A stretch of 64,000 nucleotides of DNA from Candidatus Helarchaeota archaeon (GTDB lineage: Archaea; Asgardarchaeota; Lokiarchaeia; Helarchaeales; RDOG01). The notes beneath the pieces are model-generated. The model did not search any database and was not told the DNA's origin. It saw only the letters and a list, made by a program, of their open reading frames with translations. The stretch's first letter is position 1, and every line of letters starts with the position of its first letter. The translations under genes were made by a program, and so were the position numbers. Of this stretch, positions 59,691-64,000 are shown piece after piece. The stretch is taken from NCBI GenBank assembly GCA_019058315.1, contig JAHPZH010000003.1, positions 492,451 through 556,450 of the forward strand. Direction: 5' to 3'.

Positions 59691-60677
59691 TTAGCTGATA
59701 TTCATTTTACGAACATTTTTAGGTATTTTACCATCCAAGAAATCTCTTATAGCTTCAAATACCATTTCTGAGTAATGTGTGACTACTTCAGCTGTTGCTC
59801 CTCCAATATGAGGTGTGGTAATTACATTATCAAGACCTTTAAATGGACTACCCCTACGACCAGTAGGCTCTATTTTATAAACATCAACAGCTGCTCCTGC
59901 AATTTTCCGATCTTTAAGTGCATTAACTAGTGCTTTTTCATCAGTTATTCTCGATCGGGCCACATTCAAAAAAAATGCTGTTGGTTTCATTAATGATATC
60001 ATATCAGCATTTATCAAACCTTTAGTCTCTTTGTTATATACTGCATGAATTGTTATAAAATCTGATTCTTTCATTAAAACAGCTAATTCAACTACTTTTG
60101 CTTCTACATCCTCCACTCTTTTAGGATTTACATAGGGATCATAAACTAAGATATTCATACCCATTGTTTTCAAAATCTTTGCTACTTTATAACCAATCGC
60201 TCCTAGACCTACTATACCTACAGTTTTACCTTCAAGTTCAATCCCTTTCGCAGTTACAACACCTTCTAGACCTTTCCATTCCCCATTTTGAACTATATTA
60301 TGGGCAAGTATTATATTTCTAGCTAAAGATATCATAAAACCAATTGTTAATTCTGCAACTGCGGTTGCATTTCGCCCAGGACAAGATGTCACCATTACAT
60401 TTGCTTTGTTTGCTGCTTCTACATCGATATTAACAGGATTACCCCGAACACAACAAATAAGTTGGAGCCCTTTAACAACTTCAAAGAAATCTTCACGTAA
60501 AACTTCCACTTCACAGATTAGAATATTAATATCTTCTTTTTCTATTTTCTCTAATAATTCATCTGAGCTATAAAGTTTGTCGTATTCAATCCAATCTTCA
60601 ACTTTAAATTCGCCAACAAGCTCTGCAATTTTTTTTTGGTAATTTGGATCTAATCTAACTGTTGAATAAGCTTTCAT
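59691..60677 (-). CDS. D-isomer-specific 2-hydroxyacid dehydrogenase
   Basis: PGRNATAVAE, GIVGLGAIG, NVARS, DVYKIEP, TPHIGGAT. Confidence 0.93.
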   Translation of the reverse strand: MKAYSTVRLDPNYQKKIAELVGEFKVEDWIEYDKLYSSDELLEKIEKEDINILICEVEVLREDFFEVVKGLQLICCVRGNPVNIDVEAANKANVMVTSCPGRNATAVAELTIGFMISLARNIILAHNIVQNGEWKGLEGVVTAKGIELEGKTVGIVGLGAIGYKVAKILKTMGMNILVYDPYVNPKRVEDVEAKVVELAVLMKESDFITIHAVYNKETKGLINADMISLMKPTAFFLNVARSRITDEKALVNALKDRKIAGAAVDVYKIEPTGRRGSPFKGLDNVITTPHIGGATAEVVTHYSEMVFEAIRDFLDGKIPKNVRKMNIS

Positions 60678-60747
60678 TATGAGTTCCTCTAATTAATAAT
60701 ATTTGAAAAAGAAAAACTGAAAAATATTAGTTTTTTGATTTTATAAT

Positions 60748-61551
60748 TTATTGTTTTCTAGGCCAAAGCCATACAATGACACTGAAAACTAATGAAAGCA
60801 CAAATGGTATGTTAAGTAGGTTGAAATCTTGGGTAGATGAATAAGCAAATACTCCTATAATAGCTGCTATTATTGTATTGATTATTAAAATACCTCTTAC
60901 TGCATTTCTTGGTAAATCGAGGGGTTCACGGGGTTTTGTTTCTTCATGTTTTCTTAAAGAAAAATATGCAGAAATGGCAATGCTTCCCGCACCTTGGATT
61001 CCTTCAGTAATTATAAAATATCCGAATGTGTAATTAGGGAAATAGAACTTGATTAAACCTATATAAAAAGGCAAATATGCAGATAACATAACACAAATTA
61101 TTGCAACTACGGCCCGGGTATCTTCAAATTTTATTTCTGTTTCAAGTGGCCAAAGCCAAGCCATAATACTTATTATCGCTGATAAAATAAATGGTAAATT
61201 AAGCACATCTATATCCGGAAATCTTATATAGGATATAATACCAATAATCTGAGCGATTAAAGCGTTGATTAATAAAAATACCCTAACTGTGTGCCGAGGG
61301 AGATTGAGTGGTTCTCTAGTTTTTCGTACTTCTCGTCTTCTCAAGAAAAAATACATAGACACCCCCAGGGTTCCAAGACCTTTAATCCCCTCTATAATGA
61401 AATAATATAATGAACTTCCTTCATAAATATAAAGAAGAAAATATTGCAATGCATATGATTGTATTAAATTAATATAAAATGGTAGATACGCTGCTGCAAC
61501 AACAGCTATCATAGCAAAAATGGACCGTAAATCATCAAGTATTGCTCCCAT
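60748..61551 (-). CDS. Membrane protein built from two tandem four-TM repeats
   Basis: Both halves carry AYLPFYI, IxEGIxGxG, YFxLR, REPLxLPRxxVR, LNxPF, WLWP; start ATG 61551 behind GGAG (ORF track 61566). Confidence 0.8.
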   Translation of the reverse strand: MGAILDDLRSIFAMIAVVAAAYLPFYINLIQSYALQYFLLYIYEGSSLYYFIIEGIKGLGTLGVSMYFFLRRREVRKTREPLNLPRHTVRVFLLINALIAQIIGIISYIRFPDIDVLNLPFILSAIISIMAWLWPLETEIKFEDTRAVVAIICVMLSAYLPFYIGLIKFYFPNYTFGYFIITEGIQGAGSIAISAYFSLRKHEETKPREPLDLPRNAVRGILIINTIIAAIIGVFAYSSTQDFNLLNIPFVLSLVFSVIVWLWPRKQ

Positions 61552-61629
61552 AATAATCAACTCCAAATGATATTTTCAGATTTATAATATTAATCTTTTT
61601 GCCATCATTTATAAAAAAAGAATTTAGCC

Positions 61630-62091
61630 TTATTCAGAACCTTCTAACGGTCCAGATGTTTCCTCTAATATAATAAATTTAAAAAAATAAAAAATAGTTG
61701 TAATTAAATAAAGAATAAAATTAGGAGGATCCTTTAGAAATTCAACTTTTAATATATCTCCAATTAGTTTTGTCTTCAAGATAAATTCTTTGTCGGGGCT
61801 TTCTAGATACAGCTTATGATTTTTGATTTTAATTTTTATTAATTTCCTTTTTGAAGGCCATTCCCGAACTTTATCATCAAGAAATTGATACATTTGGTCA
61901 TTAAATTCTAAAATTTCACCTTTTGCTGACTTTTTATTTTTGATTTTTATAACATTATTTTCATAAGTAAGCTTTGCACCAACAATTTCGCTTATATTAG
62001 GTTCACTGAACTTGAAAGTTCCTATATGCTGCTTGTTTTTTCGAATTTTAAGTATTCCATCAAATGGGATTATGCTTAATTCTGTTGGAAT
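61630..62091 (-). CDS. Hypothetical beta-rich protein with C-terminal hydrophobic helix; start uncertain (ATT?)
   Basis: Frame is open 68 codons beyond ATG 61893, to 62097, and fills the gap to the DUF4139 gene; the extension has no ATG/GTG/TTG. Confidence 0.6.
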   Translation of the reverse strand: MPTELSIIPFDGILKIRKNKQHIGTFKFSEPNISEIVGAKLTYENNVIKIKNKKSAKGEILEFNDQMYQFLDDKVREWPSKRKLIKIKIKNHKLYLESPDKEFILKTKLIGDILKVEFLKDPPNFILYLITTIFYFFKFIILEETSGPLEGSE

Positions 62092-62128
62092 TTTAATTCA
62101 ACATCCAGATTATTTAATATAAAAAAAA

Positions 62129-63781
62129 TTATGGAAGTGGAGGATCAATTGTGATATCTTTATTATAACTAACTTTATATCCATATTTTATTTTAAATTC
62201 TTGTTCTGGTGCTAATTTCAGCTCAAATGTAGCTACACTTAGTATAAACTTGTCAGGTATCGGTTTAAAATAATCATCTAAATGTTTTTCATCAGGTTCA
62301 ACAATAATATCGGGAGAACGGCTGTGTGGAATCCGGTCATTTATAGTTATTTCGCTCTCTTTCTTTCGATAATTATTGATTTTAATTTCATATCCATATT
62401 CATTCGTTAATTTTCCTTTAATTATCCCTTTTTTGCCAACTTCCCTTTTAACCAATTTTTTTTCCACTTTCATTTCATATGAACGTCGAGCACCTAGTTT
62501 GAATTCCTCACCTGGAGAAATCACTTTAATGTTAGTTTCGCCGATGAAATCCCCATCAACGTAGCATTTGCATTTACCAGGAAGTAATGTGCTTTCCCCA
62601 TTTTTAATTTTTTCTTGAGCAATTAGTTGCTGGTCCATACTGTTCCAGTAGAATAGTCTAGTTGAAGTTACATCAATTTCCTGAAGCAAAACTGGGTGTT
62701 TTGAACCATCTGCCTTAATATCCATTTTCTTTTTTATTTTGTAAATTTGCACACCAAATCCACTTTCAGAAAAAGCAGCTTGTTCTACCTTCATTTCAAC
62801 TTCTTTTTTCTTTTCTTCTATTTCCATGCCTTCATAATCCATCAATTCTTCTTCTGTTGCTTTCTCTAATTCCCTGACAGCCTCAGAGCGCTCTCTCCCC
62901 TTTTCCTTGTCCCTTCTGGGTGCGGGAGGATAATAAACTCTCTCTTGTATATACCAAGGTTGAGGTTCTATTATTCTAACAGGTTTAAAAGTTGCTGTTG
63001 ATACTTCTAAGTTGATATCAATCCAATCTTCTAATGTTTTATTCACGATTTCCGCTCTATAGTTGATTTTTGTTTCATTCTCACTTATTAGAACATCATA
63101 GCTTGGTGTCCAAAAGGCTCCACGAATCTGATATGTAACATTCAAATCAAAAGTTCCTGCACTTTCTGCTTCAATCGAAATCACAATATCATAATATTCT
63201 TCGACTTTTTGGGCTAAACCACCAAATTTTTGAATTTCCCTTCTCACTTTCTCAATTTCTAAATTCTTATTTTCAATTTTTTCAGCCAACTCAAACAATT
63301 TTTTCTGTGTGTTTGAAATTGTTTCATTAGAATAGGTTTGCATGTCTTTTAATCCTTGTAGGCTTGTCTCTCCCGCTGCAAAAAATTTCGGAAATTCAGC
63401 AGAGAATTTATTTAAAACGTTTGAAAAATTGTTTTTAACCCATTGAAAGTGTTGCAATTCTTCCTTTAATGAATTCAATTCTTTTTGAAGTTGTTTTAAT
63501 TTCTCTTGTAACTCATCAAGCTCTTTCTTACCCGTAACTTCTTTATATATATAATTAACCTCAACATCAATAAGGGTTGCCTTGATACCTTTTCCAGTTC
63601 CTTTCACTCGAACGCTATCACTATCTAAAAATTTCGAAATTGCACCAATTTTTATTATATTTACTCCGGGTTCTAGCGATATTTCGGCAATATTTTTACG
63701 TGTAACACGTGCCCCATCTAAAAAGATTACAGCATTTGATATTTTTGTGTCAATACCTTTAATTTCAGACATAATTTTCAC
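62129..63781 (-). CDS. DUF4140/DUF4139 (MuiA-like) protein
   Basis: AVIFLDGARVTR, DSDSVRV, coiled coil, AFWTPSYD, NKTLEDW, LLPG..YVDGDFIG, DRIP; probable start ATG 63772. Confidence 0.88.
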   Translation of the reverse strand: MKIMSEIKGIDTKISNAVIFLDGARVTRKNIAEISLEPGVNIIKIGAISKFLDSDSVRVKGTGKGIKATLIDVEVNYIYKEVTGKKELDELQEKLKQLQKELNSLKEELQHFQWVKNNFSNVLNKFSAEFPKFFAAGETSLQGLKDMQTYSNETISNTQKKLFELAEKIENKNLEIEKVRREIQKFGGLAQKVEEYYDIVISIEAESAGTFDLNVTYQIRGAFWTPSYDVLISENETKINYRAEIVNKTLEDWIDINLEVSTATFKPVRIIEPQPWYIQERVYYPPAPRRDKEKGRERSEAVRELEKATEEELMDYEGMEIEEKKKEVEMKVEQAAFSESGFGVQIYKIKKKMDIKADGSKHPVLLQEIDVTSTRLFYWNSMDQQLIAQEKIKNGESTLLPGKCKCYVDGDFIGETNIKVISPGEEFKLGARRSYEMKVEKKLVKREVGKKGIIKGKLTNEYGYEIKINNYRKKESEITINDRIPHSRSPDIIVEPDEKHLDDYFKPIPDKFILSVATFELKLAPEQEFKIKYGYKVSYNKDITIDPPLP

Positions 63782-63808
63782 TTCAATTTTAGTTTACTAA
63801 TTTTATAT

Positions 63809-64000
63809 TTATGGAAGGGGTGGATCTACAACAATATCTTTCTTATAATTTACTTTATATTCATATTTAATCTTGAATTCTTCTTCTGGTTTCAATTTAA
63901 GCTCGTAGGTAGCGATACCTAATTGAAATTTAGTAGGAACTGGGAAAAAGAAATCATCTAAACGTTTTTCTTCTTTTTGCTCCGGATCAACATCAATTTC
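63809..64000 (-). CDS. 3' end of a second DUF4139 paralog (runs off the window)
   Basis: My translation ..RLDDFFFPVPTKFQLGIATYELKLKPEEEFKIKYEYKVNYKKDIVVDPPLP* aligns with the C-terminus of 62129-63781; absent from the ORF track. Confidence 0.88.
   Translation of the reverse strand, partial: EIDVDPEQKEEKRLDDFFFPVPTKFQLGIATYELKLKPEEEFKIKYEYKVNYKKDIVVDPPLP

Noticed and set aside
49403-60677. Ether-lipid pathway (aldolase-derived DHAP + acyl-CoA + alkyl-DHAP-synthase-like FAD enzyme)
   Set aside because: No DHAP acyltransferase or acyl-CoA reductase; the FAD enzymes lack the C-terminal His-His motif of alkyl-DHAP synthase and are paired with a CCG subunit
62098-62112. Selenocysteine read-through of the TGA bounding the 61630 frame
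   Set aside because: Only three codons precede it before a TAA, with no start codon; no SECIS recognised
2027-63800. Short antisense or overlapping ORFs in the track (e.g. 2027-2221, 2538-2867, 3236-3718, 5093-5389, 9368-9694, 22074-22427, 37609-37980, 40339-40674, 58342-59682, 63582-63800)
   Set aside because: They lie opposite or inside well-supported genes and carry no motifs; treated as shadow ORFs
1-64000. tRNA/rRNA genes, IS elements, provirus, known defence systems
   Set aside because: No GC-rich structured RNA-like segment and no transposase, integrase, capsid or nuclease motifs seen; small ncRNAs cannot be excluded by eye

Overview
AT-rich (roughly 30% GC by eye), gene-dense chromosomal window with about 54 protein genes. 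I found no rRNA, tRNA, CRISPR array, integrase or transposase. An archaeal TFB, SDS22-type LRRs, longin domains, roadblock-small GTPase fusions and several acyl-CoA ligases point to an Asgard archaeon (Loki/Hel-like; inference). The strongest signal is a five-gene co-oriented cluster at 34189-39782: three tandem longin + helical hairpin + winged-helix proteins, whose C-termini resemble GATOR1 NPRL2, lie directly upstream of two tandem roadblock-Rab-like GTPase fusions. This is a candidate ancestral GTPase/regulator module. A second candidate system at 54189-57386 pairs an N-myristoyltransferase-like double-GNAT protein with an acyl-CoA ligase carrying an SCP2-like insertion. Also notable: a CrtI/retinol-saturase-GltD fusion, a 1618-bp-period tandem duplication of an FAD oxidoreductase with patchy divergence, a PadR fused to a degenerate methyltransferase, an apparently inactive HMG-CoA synthase-DUF35 fusion coupled to a thiolase, an LsrK-like kinase operon, and two genes that seem to need non-canonical start codons. 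All family calls come from motifs read by eye and from recalled family knowledge; no searches were run.
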